From contig OX597833.1 in assembly GCA_951406725.2 (NCBI GenBank), positions 37,572,001 through 37,636,000 on the forward strand: a stretch of DNA of 64,000 bases, read 5' to 3'. Below the pieces are notes generated by a model that searched no databases, had not been told where the DNA came from, and saw only the letters and a program-made list of their open reading frames with translations. Made by a program: the position numbers and the translations under genes. The DNA is from Octopus vulgaris. Its lineage: Eukaryota. Of this stretch, positions 29,285 through 43,519 are shown in pieces. The first letter of the stretch is position 1, and each line of letters begins with the position of its first letter.

Positions 29285-29589
29285 ACATGTGTGTGAGAGT
29301 ATGTGTGTGAATTCAAAGTATTGAATATTACAGATTGGATTATACTATTGATATTTCATTGTTAGCAATGTCATAAGGTATTTAATATTAGAAATTAAAA
29401 AGGCTACTGATATTTCAGTGTTTGGAGTACAAGGGATCTTATTCAGAATGTCAGAGTACAAGGTATCTTATTCAGAATATCATACATACTCATATATCTT
29501 TTTTAGTGTAACAACTAGAGAAACAGTATCATCATATATGGGAATACCTCATACACATACATACAATGTTATATCAATGGTAAACAAAC

Positions 29590-29700
29590 CTCATGAGGGA
29601 ATCCACTCTGTAGAACACTGTTGCGGGCAATCTCACACATATCACAAGTGCTTAACTTCCACACCTGGGTGGCAATACTGTACTCTTCCATCAGAGGTTC
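29590..29700 (-). CDS. AMPD2: AMP deaminase (AMPD2-like), penultimate coding exon (111 bp)
   Basis: ttacttgcag|GAA...GAG|gtttgt splice sites. Translates [37 protein letters not shown], a hallmark AMPD motif. Missed by the ORF track. Confidence 0.95.
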
Positions 29701-30619
29701 CTGCAAGTAAAATTAAAAGAAGGGATCAAATTATGATAACATTAGAGACACACCAGCTGAAGTTTTGACTCATTAGCTTCCAGCAATCATTATGGAGGGT
29801 GAATTTAATACAACTGCTTGGTCCCTGGATGGTTTTAATGAAGTTCAATTTCTTTTTCACATTCAAACCATTCTTTTCCCTCCTACTATTGTTCTTGCCG
29901 TTATTGACCTGAAGATGTTCAATCTGAGAGTGACTAACTGAAAAAAATCATGAACACTGCACACTTTCCTTTAACTAACTTATGGTGTAAAATTAATGTT
30001 GTGCCCCAAAAGTATAACTTAAACATTCAATAACTATAGTAATAAAATAAACAGCAGACTGAAATAAATGTTGGGGGTTGATGTGATAGACTAAAACCCT
30101 TAATGGCAGTGACCCAGCATGGCCTCAGTCCAATGACTAATCTTTTATTTTTTTACTTGTTTCAATCATTGGACTGCAGCCATGCTGGGGCACCACCTTG
30201 AAGGGTTTAACAGAATAAATTGCTCCCAGTACTTGTTTTTAAACCTGGTACTTCAATCAGTCCCTTTTTGCTGAACCACTAAGTTACAGGGATGTAAACA
30301 AACTAACACTGGTTGTCAAGCAGTGATGGGGGACAAGTACAAACACAAAGACACATACACACATGCACATGTACCTCCTCTGTAGCAAGACACCTATTTC
30401 TGCCTCTCTATTTCTCTGTCACACTCTAACCTTTCATCTGATACTGGATCACCTCCTCTCTGCCTCTCTGTCTCTTTGTCACACTCTAACTTTTCATCCT
30501 CTGGCACAAGTTCCCCTCCTCAAATGCCCCTGCCCCTCTTGTAATTCCTTGTATTGCAAGTTACTTAAAGAGCAGGGTTAAACCATATAACTTCCCATTT
30601 TCTCACTGTTTTACTTCCA

Positions 30620-31100
30620 GTTTGCCTATGCTTATTATTGTTATCATACATGTTAGGATAACTAGGATGTCTCCTAAAATGATAGGGGTCCTGTTGTTCA
30701 GGGGGGGGGTTATGAGCAAGGTATCAATACCTAATTCAGCTATATTTGGAAAAAGCTCACCTAATCTATATATGAATAGGGTATCTTTAAAATATCTTCC
30801 TTAAAACCACTATTCTTCAAAGCTGTGTTAAAGATAGGTACCATGTATTAAAAACTATTTGGTTTGCCAACTGGTTGGATATTCTAATTGAGACTCGCCT
30901 AATCACTCCATTGATAACACTTTGGGGATGGTTAGATAGTGCATGGATATATTGGATGGTTTTATTCGGCTTGTATCCAAATTTAATGTTACATCAAAAA
31001 AGTTAACAATTTTAGTGGTATTTTTGAACAAGATCTCTAAATTATATATCTTAAAGAATTTGACTAAATTTTTCCACATTCTATCAATTGTTTTCAAACT
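30620..31100 (-). mobile_element. Penelope-like element RT/thumb fragment
   Basis: FFKIYNLEILFKNTTKIVNFFDVTLNL resembles the PLE VNFLDVTLNL motif. Confidence 0.65.
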
Positions 31101-31106
31101 AATGGC

Positions 31107-31268
31107 ATAGGAGTGGCTGTGTGGTAAGTAGCTTGCTTACGAACCATATGGTTCCGGGTTCAGTCCCACTGTGTGGCACCTTGGGTATGTGTCTTCTACT
31201 ATAGCCTCAGGCCGACCAAAGCCTTGTGAGTGGATTTGGTAGACGGAAACTGAAAGAAGCCCGTCGTA

Positions 31269-31319
<51 letters not shown>

Positions 31320-31545
31320 GTGTATGTTTGTATGTCTGTGTTTGTCCCCCCCAACATCGCTTGACAACCGATGCTGGTGTGTTTACGTCCCCATAACTTA
31401 GCGGTTTGGCAAAAAAGATACCGATAAAATAAGTACTAGGCTTACAAAGAACAAGTCCTGGGGTCGATTTGATTGACTAAAGGCGGAGCTCCAGCATGGC
31501 CACAGTCACATGACTGAAACAAGTAAAAGAGAGTAAAGAGAGAAA
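31107..31545 (+). mobile_element. SINE family 1 copy
   Basis: Near-identical to 23701-24110. Confidence 0.9.
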
Positions 31546-31814
31546 GTATTCCTTTTGTATGAAAATGTTCATCCATTATAATATTCACAAATTTTACGGA
31601 ACTCTGCATTCTACTTTTACAAATATTTTCATCTTTATTTGCACAAAGATTCTATTTTTGCAAATATTTTTCACTTTACAATGATTTTTACAATATCTTT
31701 ACAAACTTTTCTAAAAAACTAAAACATTATTTTGAAATGCTCCTATGCTCTGTAAGTAGATAATATTATAAAACTATTTTTAAACTATTTAAAAAATATT
31801 TTAGTTGGTTAATT

Positions 31815-31900
31815 TACCTCTGATGAGATAAATGTGGTCATTTGTATTGGCTGGAAGATTTGCCCAATACAAACACAATTTGCTGAAACAATCGTAAGGA
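31815..31900 (+). ncRNA. Minimal type I hammerhead ribozyme motif
   Basis: cct-CTGATGA (31820), stem II tttgtattgg/ccaatacaaa, GAAA-caatc-GTA-agg. Confidence 0.55.
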
Positions 31901-32103
31901 TATATACTTTATTATATACTACTGCTCATCAAACTTCATCGTTGACTTGTAATATTGGAATGCTTGACACCTAAAAGTTCTGATGAATCTACATCTATAT
32001 ATTTCATATTCTCATGATTTATATTTTAAGATTGGTTTGATACTGTATATGAATTTTGATAAAAGAATTTTACCTATGAAAGTTTGTCCTCTTTACTTTA
32101 TGT

Positions 32104-32107
<4 letters not shown>

Positions 32108-32147
<40 letters not shown>

Positions 32148-32153
32148 ACATAC

Positions 32154-32197
<44 letters not shown>

Positions 32198-32325
32198 ACA
32201 TACATATATATATACATATATATATATATACATAAATACATACATATATAAATACATACATACATACATGCATATATATATATATATATATATATAGATA
32301 TATGTATGTATATTTATATGTATGT

Positions 32326-32388
<63 letters not shown>

Positions 32389-32457
32389 TGTTTATATATA
32401 TATAGATATATATATATATATACACATACATACATATATACATACATATATATATAT

Positions 32458-32497
<40 letters not shown>

Positions 32498-32619
32498 ATA
32501 TATATATATATGTATGTATATATGTATGTATGTTTATATATATATAGATATATATATATATATACACATACATACATACATACATATATATATACATATA
32601 TATACATAAATACATACAT

Positions 32620-32680
<61 letters not shown>
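32108..32680. repeat. Compound (TA)n/(TACA)n/(TATG)n microsatellite
   Basis: Direct reading; source of the YI-rich ORFs. Confidence 0.95.
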
Positions 32681-32681
<1 letters not shown>

Positions 32682-33909
32682 GTAGCAACATGGTCTTCAG
32701 CTACCTTTAGTGACGTTTATTTTATTGTAAAAGACAGATATACAGAAAATTTATGTGACTGAAAATGAAAGTGGAGATTTATGTGACTGGTGCCTCAGTT
32801 GTGTGGTGGGGTCTACCTGCAAAGTCATAATGCTCTTCTCCACCTCACCTTCACTAACAAAAAGACAGGTTCAAACATAACAACCATTACTATATTGACA
32901 ATGATGTAATCTCAAGGCAAAATATTGCCATATTTCCTCTGTGCGTCTCAGTAGCTGTGTTGATGTTGTTAAACCCTTGTTCAGCCTTGTGCAAGCAGAC
33001 TTATGATCAAAGTCATTACAGCTATGACCATCTTGCCTTTTCATAAACACACTGCACCTAAGGCCACATTATCTTAAAGTTTCTTTGCCTCAGACAGTAA
33101 AGTAGGGTTTCAGGAAAATTGGCTGCTATTTCTAGCTGGTTGAGTGACTGTGTAGAGGCTTCTTCATCAGCTTGACTACTTAACTACTTGGTTCTGTGAT
33201 CAGCTGATCAATAGTTCAAACCTTGTATCTACACCAGCATTACAGTGAGGTCTCCAGACAAAATACAGCATTTTACTTAAATACCTCAGTCTGCCTGGCT
33301 TACAAAAGGTTGGCTGCTGACTTTGCAGATTAGCAGAGGCATAGCTGAAGAAGCAATTGATCCAATTATATTCAAATAACCATCTCACTTCGATGTTAAG
33401 TTGATAAAATGAATGTAAAACATTAGAAGGTGAATGAATAAATATATTCAAACTAGTTAACAGAAAAATAGATCAGCTTTTGTTGCTGATGAAGACAACC
33501 AACCAACCAACCAACCAACAAACAAGCAAGCCAGTCAGACAGTCAATGTACGAACTATATATATTATAAATATTCAAACAATCATCCAAATCTATCCAAC
33601 TGACAGAAAAAGTATGGTGTTGTTGTTATTTTGTCTGCAATAGCCAGATGTGTGTGCAGTAAGCTATGTGTGTGTGTATGTGTGTAGCAATCCAGGTCTA
33701 CATGCTGTAAGGTGAGTTACATGTATGTGAAAGTAAGCTAGGCATGTCTGTAGCAAGCCAGATATGTACATAAACAGGGTCATATGAATGTAGTAAGCTA
33801 CACACATATGCATGCATGTGTGTGTGTAGAGAGAGGGGAGAAAGGGAAAAGAGAGTAGGAGAAATGGGAGAAAGAGGGGAGAAAGGAGAGAGAGGGAGGT
33901 GGGGAATGA

Positions 33910-34510
33910 TAATCCTGATCTTATAGTGGAGTCAGTAGTAGAATTAGAAAAGAAATTCCAGGTGTGGGAACAAAACCTGGAATCAAAAGCATTAAAGTTA
34001 ACTTAGAAAAGATATAAGTTCTAGTAAGCAGGAAAACAGACAGGACCCAATCTCTTCAGGTAAATGGCCCTACTTGATATATAAGAAAGGTGCAGGTAGG
34101 AATTCCTTAAAGTGTACCAAATGCAAGCTATGGATACACAAGAGGTACAGTGGGATCATGGGGAGACTAACAGAGGAAGATGTACAGGAGCAATAAACAC
34201 AAAGACATAAAGGAAATAGATTTTCTCAAATGCCCAGGAGGCTCTTTTGAGGTAGTATATACTACTTTCTGTTACAGAGGTAATCTAATTTGCAGCAGTG
34301 GAGGATGTGCTGAAAGTATAGTTGCTAAAATAAGAATAGAACAGAGAAATTTCAGAAAGCTGTTACCTCTGTTGGCAACAAAAGATCTCTCTCTCTCTTT
34401 CTCTGAGTGAAAAGCAGACTGTATGATGCTTTGTATGAGCTGTAATGCTACATAATGAAAAGTGAGCATTGAATGCAGAGGACATGCAGAGACTAGAGAG
34501 GAATGAAGCT
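33910..34510 (+). mobile_element. Decayed RTE LINE fragment
   Basis: Homologous to 16000-16500 (zinc-knuckle-like KCTKCKLWIHKR region). Confidence 0.75.
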
Positions 34511-34550
34511 AAGTGGTCATAACTGGCAGAAAGGCGGTGAACTGGCAGAA

Positions 34551-34775
34551 AGGCGGCGAACTGGCAGAAACGTTAGCACCCCGGGCGAAATGCATAGCCG
34601 TATTTCGTCTGCCGTTACGTTCTGAGTTCAAATTCCGCCGAGGTCGACTTTGCCTTTCATCCTTTCGGGGTCGATAAATTAAGTACCAGTTACGCACTGG
34701 AGTCGATGTAATCGACTTAATCCGTTTGTCTGTTCCCTCTGTGTTTGGCCCCTTGTGGGTAGTAAAGAAGTATAA
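34551..34775 (+). mobile_element. SINE family 2 (aggcggcgagctggcagaaacgttagc head)
   Basis: B box GAGTTCAAATTCC; copies at 40886-41115(-), 51714-51945(-) and in the cluster 52055-53660. Confidence 0.85.
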
Positions 34776-34819
34776 GTGGTCATAACAGGTGACAAATTGT
34801 GTGTCTATGGCAATGAACT

Positions 34820-34980
34820 CAAAACGGAGGCTCAGTTTTTACAGTGGAAGACTTCAAAATGTTGAAGAAATCCAAGGGAATGCGATGAGACAGCTGCTCC
34901 CTATCCCAAAAATGGAGTCCAAGAAAGCTTCCATCAGTGAAAACAATGCTGGATCACTTTGAAGGAGGAGATTAAATACA
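34820..34980 (+). mobile_element. mariner transposase C-terminal remnant
   Basis: GRLQNVEEIQGNAMRQLLPIPK resembles the mariner C-terminus. Confidence 0.5.
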
Positions 34981-36464
34981 GAATTGATGTGTGGTAGTTT
35001 TGTTTTTATAGCACAAGTCCCAATATTTCTGATCAAACCTCACATGCACATGTGCGTGTGTGTGTGTGGGGGGGTGCATGCAAGTGCGTGTGTACATTTA
35101 TGTATGTATGCATATGTGTGTGTGTGTGTGTATAAAAATGCATACATACATACATACACACTCACATTACACACACACATACACACACACAAAGAGGAAA
35201 TCATGCAGTAGTGTGTCTATGTGAGTAGTAGACCAGGTCTGTGTGCATAGGAAGCTAAATAGTAACCCAAAAACTGAAGTTGGGCTTAAAATCTTAATTG
35301 CAAAAGCGTTTCGATAATATATTTAAACTGGGCTTTTTTGGTAATCAAAATAAAAAGAAAGAAGGGAGGGTATAAGCATGTATTTAATGTGCTTCATATT
35401 GACTGACCGAACTCTTGGAGAAGCCAAACATAGATGTTAAGTTCTCAATAAACCAATTGCATGATGCATGAAAAAGATACAAATTCAGATTGCAATTGCT
35501 TCATTGAAGTTGCTTACTATAACCATTGGGCAAGATGTGTCACTAGTCCCATCTGACCACTCATTAATCGATACTTCTTCTGGTCACAAAATCTCTTTCA
35601 GGTGATTCACATTACACTGACATGCAATACTGACCATTATATAAGATAAAGTAACAGCTAAGTACTGGGATCAGTTTAGTGTCCCTTTAAAACATCCAGC
35701 ATGTGAATTGAATTACCAGAGAGTCTCTTTAATTATTCATTAATAACATTTATCTTATGATCCACATTCAATAATAATTAATGATAATTACTTAACACAC
35801 CTAATAAGTCAATATTTTATTTACGAGATACTCAGTGAAACTTAGGGTAAAAAATAATCCTTTAGTCAAATACAGAGAGAAGGGAGAGGGAGAGAGAGTA
35901 AGCAAGAAAAGTACATGTCTGATCAAGTTTAACAGTCAAAGTATTGTGATTTTGATTTATATAGATTTCATATATTATTTGTATATTAGTGTTTTGGTTG
36001 AACAAAATACTGGACCAATAATACTAGCAGATTTTTCAGTTGATTAATAAGTTGGCTAGTTGGACTGTCTGTCTCTGTCTATGTAGCCTAAAAAGTTAAA
36101 TCTGTGCAAGTCAGGAGAGTTGTCTTTCACCACAAACTTCTTGCTTTTGAGTGGCTTAAAACTGAAACCTTCCATCAAAATTTGATATTAATTTATGCTT
36201 GAAACATAATGACAGTTATTTTATTAAATTCTTTGCTATTTTAAAAATTAATTGAAAGAAAGGCAGAAAATTTCAATATAAATTTGGTAATGAAAGGGTT
36301 TATTTTGCTTGAGTCCTTAAAAGTCAACAAATGTGGTCACTCAACCTTCTACAAATAGCAACCAGACCACTTCAAATCACACCTTACCATCTTAAAGAAA
36401 AGAAGGCTACACTGGGTGATGTCGCCTTTGATACACTAACATCTGAAAAATTATAGAATGGTCA

Positions 36465-36794
36465 CAACTATATATACAATGGAGCTTCTTTCAGTTTCCA
36501 CCTACCAAAGCCACCCACGAGGCTTTGGTCAGCCTGAGGATATAGTAGAAGATACCTTACCAAGGTGCTACATAGTGGAACTGAACCTGGAACCATGTGG
36601 TTGAGAAGCAAGCTTCCCCCCACACAGCCATGCCTGCACCTATAAATTGTAACACTTAAATTGCAGGAACAGTCAACATATGGCTTCTAGTAAGCTATTT
36701 GAACAATCCACGAGTTTTATTTAAAAGCATTTTGAGAAGCCCATACATCTAAACCTCTGGTCATCCTCTCAGGCAATGTAAAATTCCACTGCAA
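36465..36794 (+). repeat. Local duplication of 40056-40386 (SINE half plus flank)
   Basis: Close base-by-base match including the non-SINE flank. Confidence 0.9.
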
Positions 36795-37113
36795 AACATA
36801 CATTTGATTGTATGTTTTCTGAATGGCAGATTACTCAACTAAATATTTTGTGCTAATAGAGTCAATATGATTGACTAAACAAGACAGTGCCCTATCACAA
36901 CCTCAGTAAAATATTTCATGAACAACTGTATATAGTGTGTATGAATATATTACACTTTGTATGAATGAGTGTGTTACATTATAAGGCACAAAAAGAAAAT
37001 GACTCTCCCCAGACACAACAGAATATGCTTCAACACACGAACTCATATAAAGAATCTTGCAAACCAAATCCAAAATTGAAATATGTATATAAATATATAT
37101 ATTTATATGTATG

Positions 37114-37176
<63 letters not shown>

Positions 37177-37178
37177 AT

Positions 37179-37216
<38 letters not shown>

Positions 37217-37895
37217 CATGGCTGTTTTATGGTTTCATTATTTCAAGGCCTTTTGTTATCAGTGCAAAATATATATTTCATTCTTAGTTTTATCAGTGCA
37301 AAACATTATTTGATAACTTATATTTATTTTTTAATTCTTTATAAGTCACCCTATTGCTTATACAAGAAGCATTCTACATTATAATCCAGTTCCTTGTGTA
37401 GACAAGTAACACACAACTACCAAAATGTATTCTAAAGGAAATAAGTGAAAGAGACTAAAAAAATGAGGTGACTTTTGACAATCACCTGACTAGACACATC
37501 TGCACTTACAAGGCACCACAACTGTTTGTATAGCATATCATGCATGAAGCACCATTGCACAATGGGTCGAAATGATTGTAGTGAATAAGAAAGAGTCTCA
37601 TGAATTCCATTTTCTTTCTCTCATATTTTTATATACACACATATTTATATATTCTTTAGCTTTTACTTTTCACTTGTTTCAGTCATTTGACTGTGGCCAT
37701 ATTGGGGCAACCAACTTCAAGATTTTTCTAGTCAAACAGATCAACTCCAGGACATTTTTTTTTAAAGTCTAGTACTTATTTTATTGGTCACTTTTATTGA
37801 ACTGCTAAGTTATATGGATGTAAATACAGCAACACTGGCTATCAAGCAGTGGTGGGGGACAAATTCAGACACAAACACACATGCAAACACACACA

Positions 37896-37931
<36 letters not shown>

Positions 37932-38171
37932 TGACAGGTGTCTTTCAATTTCTATCTACCAAATCCACTCAGAAGGCTTTGGTTGGCCTGAGGCTATAGT
38001 AGAAGACACTTGCCCAAGTTGCCACGCAGTGGGACTGAACCCAGTACCATGTGGTTGAGAAGCAAACTTCTTACCACATACATCATCATCAGCAGCAGCA
38101 TCATGCCTGAGGAAGGCTAACAGTATGAAGCTTTGAAGTAACTGACACTTGTAAATATATTATAAACATGT

Positions 38172-38583
38172 ATTTACTCATTTACTTGTTTGAGTCATTT
38201 GACTGTGGCCATGCTGGAACACCGCATTTAGTCGAGGAAATCGACCCCAGGACTTATTCTTTGTAAGCCTAGTACTTATTCTATTGGTCTCTTTTGCCGA
38301 ACCACTAAGTTACGGAGATGTAAACACACCAGCATCGGTTGTCAAGCAATGTTGGGGGGAGGACAAACACAACACACAAACATAGACACACACACATATA
38401 TATATATATACATATATACGACGGGCTTCTTTCAGTTTCCGTCTACCAAATCCACTCACAAGGCTTTGGTTGGCCCAAGGCTATAGTAGAAGACACTTGC
38501 CCAAGGTGCCACGCAGTGGGATTGAACCCGGAATCATGTGGTTCGTAAGCAAGCTACTTACCACACAGCCACTCCTACGCCTA
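38172..38583 (-). mobile_element. SINE family 1 copy
   Basis: Reverse complement of the consensus. Confidence 0.9.
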
Positions 38584-38658
38584 TTCTATAGAAAGTATTG
38601 AATAATCTTTCAGTTTAATGTTAAGTTGTTTTTATTACAACTCAATATAAAGACAAAC

Positions 38659-38722
<64 letters not shown>

Positions 38723-38866
38723 AAGAGAGGTATTGGTATCCAGAAAACCCAAGGTTGCAAGTAAGGTTATGTAAGTGCTATGGAATGACCATAGTTAAAC
38801 TCTTGGTTCAATAATAATACGAGTGAGGAGCCTAATGCAGGTCTTGTATGAGCATGTGTATATATA

Positions 38867-38899
<33 letters not shown>

Positions 38900-38947
38900 A
38901 AATGCATGCACATGCACACACACATATGTGTGCATATGTATGCATGT

Positions 38948-38995
<48 letters not shown>

Positions 38996-40799
38996 TATAA
39001 TGAAGAAGGAAAGTGAGTATAATTAGATTCAATGTAATGCAATATTTTAAAACTTTATCTACTCTCACCACTGATAAACATCACACATAGACACACACAC
39101 ACACACACACACATACACACACACACAATCACAAACACACAGTATGTTTGACAGGAATGAGGTATTTCAGTGACTAGGCTAAACAATAAATAGTAACATT
39201 ATAAGATGCCACAGTTAACAACCAATTACATGTTTTAAGGGCCACAAAAAAGAATGTGAGCAGTTGAAAGTCTGAACACATAAGGGGAGGTAAGTCTAAA
39301 CTATAGAAAATTTTATCAAAGTGAAATTTGGATAGTTTCCTTTTTTAATAGATGAATAAGAATAACAAAATAATACAAAAAAAAATTATCTGTGTGGCAA
39401 AACCAATAGTATCACATAGAGTAATTCATAACAATATCAATCACCGACATCATTATCACTATCATTCTCCTCACCATTGTTGTAAAAGCTATTGTAATTA
39501 AGACCAAGATTAGATCTATGATTAATTCATTCCAGGCTTGACAAATCTATTCCTTCCTTACACAGTATATCAAGGACTACGTTATTCAATGTATCCTGTG
39601 TTTAAGAAATGACTGAAATACCTTTGGTCATGGATGTATGTGACCAGGGCTGATTTGGGGTCAAATAACAACTTCACTTTGATTAGATTTATTTCTTTTA
39701 CATTTTACTTCTGTCAGTCATCAGATAGCAGCTATGCTGGAGCACCACCTGAAAGAATTTTGAATCAACCCCAGTACTTAGTTTTCGTTAATTCTGGTAC
39801 TTATTCTATTTCTTTCTACCAAACTGCTAAGTTGCAGGGACGTAAACACACCAACACTGGTTGTCAAGTGGTGGCGGGTGATATACGCACGCACACACAC
39901 ACATTCACATGCGTGCACACACATGCATACACATGTGTGCACACATACACATACACATGCATGCACACACATACATACATGCATGCACACACACACATAT
40001 GCATGTGCATACACACACATACATACATGCACACACACACACACACACACACACACAACTATATATACAATGGAGCTTCTTTCAGTTTCCACCTACCAAA
40101 GCCACCCAAGAGGCTTTGGTCAGCCTGAGGATATAGTAGAAGATACCTTACCAAGGTGCTACATAGTGGGACTGAACCTGGAACCATGTGGTTGAGAAGC
40201 AAGCTTCCTCCTCCCACACAGCCATGCCTGCACCTATAAATTGTAACACTTAAATTGTAGGAACAGTCAACATATGGCTTCTAGTAAGCTATTTGAACAA
40301 TCCATGGTTTATATTTAAAAGCATTTTGAGAAGCCCAACATCTAAACCTCTGGTCATCCTCTCAGGTGGTGTAAAATTCCACTGCAACTTTTGTGTAACC
40401 ATTGCATAGCACAAGAACAGACACACATGAATATAGACCTTGTACTGGCTGTGCAGTAAGAAGCTTGCTTTGCAATTACATGATTTGGGGTTCAGTCCCA
40501 CAGCATTGCACCTTGGGCAAGTGTCTTCTGCTATAGCTTTAGGCCGACCAAAGCCTTATAATTGGATTTGGTAGATGGAAACTGAAAGAAGCCTGTCATG
40601 TATATGTGATGTGTATATAAGTGTGTGTGTGTCCATGTCCTACCCATCACTTGACAACTGGGGCTGGTGTGTTCCAATCCCTGTAACTTGGCAGTTTGGC
40701 AAAAAGACACTGACAGAATAAGTATCAGGCTTAACAAAATCTAATTACTGGAGTCAATTCATTTGAAAACACAAACATACTAACACACACACACACATA

Positions 40800-41440
40800 G
40801 GCGCAGGAGTGGCTGTGTGGTAAGTAGCTTGCCACACATGGTTCTGTGTTCAGTCCCACTGCATTACCTTGGGGAAGTGTCTTCTTATTTCTTTATTGCC
40901 CACAAGGGGCTAAACATAGAGGGGACAAACAAGGACAGACAAAGGGATTAAGTCAATTACATCGACCCTAGTACGTAACTGGTACTTAATTTATTGACCC
41001 TGAAAGGATGAAAGGCCAAGTCGACCTCAGCAGAATTTGTACTCAGAACGTAGCAGCAGACGAAATACCGCTAAGCATTTTGCCCAGCATGCTAACGTTT
41101 CTGCCAGCTCGCTGCTGGCAGAAGTGTCTTCTATCATAGCCTCAGGCTGACCAAAGCCTTATGAATGGATTTGGTTGACAGAAACTGAAAGAAGCCCATC
41201 GCGCGCGTGTGTGTGTGTGTGTGTGTGCACACATGTCTATATGTTTGTGTGTCTGTGCCCCTCCCACGCCATCGCTTGACAACTGCTGTTGGGGTGCTTA
41301 CATCCTTGTAACTTAGAGGTTTGGCAAAAGAGACCAGTAAGATAAGTACTAGGTTTACAAAGAATAAGTCCTGGAGTCGATTTGTTTGACTAAAGGTTGT
41401 GCTCTGGGATGGCCAGTCAAATTACTGAAATAAATAAAAG
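40800..41440 (+). mobile_element. SINE family 1 interrupted by an antisense SINE family 2 copy
   Basis: gaagtgtcttct is repeated on both sides of the 40886-41115 insert (TSD-like). Confidence 0.8.
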
Positions 41441-41617
41441 AAAAAAAGAATATATATACATATACACATACACATATACATATGTACACACACACACATA
41501 CACACAATCTGTAATAATAAGGTAAAACCAAATGATGAAATTTTGAAAGTATCTGATATCTGTGTTTCCGATGTGCATAATAGGAAAACCTTCAGTTTGT
41601 ACATTTCAAAATATATT

Positions 41618-41650
<33 letters not shown>

Positions 41651-42569
41651 TATGTCCCATGATGACAACGTATTTCGTCATCCCCATGGGACTGGTCTGA
41701 ACTGCGTAACTTCGACGACCAACACTACTGACTGTCAGTCCACTATTTATTATCTTTTCGTTCCACACAGAACCGTAATTTTTTTATTTTTTTCAAAATA
41801 CCGGCAGGTAGTTCTAAGGCTAACATTATTACTGGTAGCAGAACTACACATAGCAACCTTACTTATAAATCCTTCAGATGGACTTATTATTATTTTTTCG
41901 TTCCACACAAAACCCCAATTTTTTTTTTCAAAATGCCCACAGGTAGTACCAAGTCTAACATTATTACTGGTAGCAGTACTACATATAGTGACCTGACTTA
42001 CAAATCCTTTGAACGGACTTATTATTTTTTTGTTCCTATATTATTGTATAAACTTGATATGTCCCAGTGGCAATATTGCCCAAACCCTCGTCACTACTGA
42101 TATGTCCCATGATGATGGATTTCATTGTCTCTATGGGATTGATCTGAACAGCATACCTTTGCCGACCGACACTACTGACTGTGTCAATCCACTACTTATT
42201 CATAGTGAACCAGCCCACATCTCGCCTGGAGGTGTCTGCCACAATATATATATATATTATTTATTTATTTATGCACCCTTTTCAAGCCTAGCCAGGCTCA
42301 TGGGCCCGGTTTCCTGGTTTCTGTGGTATGTGTTCCCCCTAGCTTGATGGGACGCCAGTCCATCACAGCATTACTAAAGAAACAGGAAGAGAGAGTGAGA
42401 GAAAGTTGGGGCAAAAGAGTACAACAGGGGTCACCACCACCCCCTGCCAGAGCCTCGTGGTGCTTTAGGCGTTTTCACTCAATAAACACACACAACGCCC
42501 GGTCTGGGAATCGAAGCCACGATCCTTCGACTGTGAGTCTGCTGCCATAACCGCTGGGTCATTGTGCCT

Positions 42570-42639
<70 letters not shown>

Positions 42640-42645
42640 GTATAT

Positions 42646-43405
42646 ATAAAGAAATATTGATCATAGAACAAACATCAAATTCGAGTCAACAACTTTATAA
42701 TTAAAACACCATGCCTCAAACAGTTAATCACACATAGATATTACCATGGTTCCTAAACATAAAAATATACATATATATAAAAATATAGAAGGTAAAAATA
42801 TATATGCAAATAAAATACAAATATATAGAACAGCCTATCAAAAAAGTAAATATAAATTACTAAAAATTCATAAAAGTTCCAAAGTGTGTCATGCTACCTC
42901 AAAACTGATAAACTAAGATAAATTATCATATCAAATGACTAAAATTATTTTTTAAAAGTTTTTTTTTACTCCCCTCACACAAAAGTATGTCCAAAAAGTT
43001 CAATACTTAAAACCATAGTAGGTTAAAGTCCATGAGCAAAAGGAGTTCCACAAGGTCAATTCAAACACACCTTTTGTGTGAGGGGAGTAAAAAAAAACTT
43101 TTTAAAAATATTTTTAGTCGTTTGATATGATAATTTATTTTATCTTAGTTTATCAGTTTTGTTGTAGCATAACACGCTTTAGAATTTTTATCAATTTTTA
43201 GTTGCTTATATTTACTTTTTTGATAGGCTGTTCTATATATTTGTATTTTATTCACATACCTTCTGTGTTTTTATATATATGTATATTTTTATATGTTTAG
43301 GAACCATGGCAATATTTATATGTGATTAAATGTTTGAGGTATGGTGTTATATATAAAGTCGTTGACTCAAAAATGATGTTTGTTCTATGATCAATGTTTC
43401 TTTAT
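42646..43405. repeat. Inverted repeat, arms about 340 bp, 85-nt spacer
   Basis: 42646-42985 versus 43071-43405, moderately diverged. Confidence 0.92.
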
Positions 43406-43519
43406 CGTTGTCTCATTTACACTAGAGCACTTCTTTTTTGCAGTCCTATAAAGCCTTTTGTTTCCATAAAAGGAGACAAATATTATTTCTTGTCATATAA
43501 ATATATATATATGTGTGGG

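Noticed and set aside
31137-31367. Recurrent ORF ...YDGLLSVSVYQIHSQGFG...EDTCPRCH as a gene family
   Set aside because: Antisense translation of SINE family 1.
33225-33275. Minus-strand YFVWRPHCNAG resembling the AMPD motif FVLRPHCGEAG
   Set aside because: Lacks GE, flanking residues do not match, there is no convincing acceptor, and the intervening AMPD exon is not present between it and 29700; probably chance.
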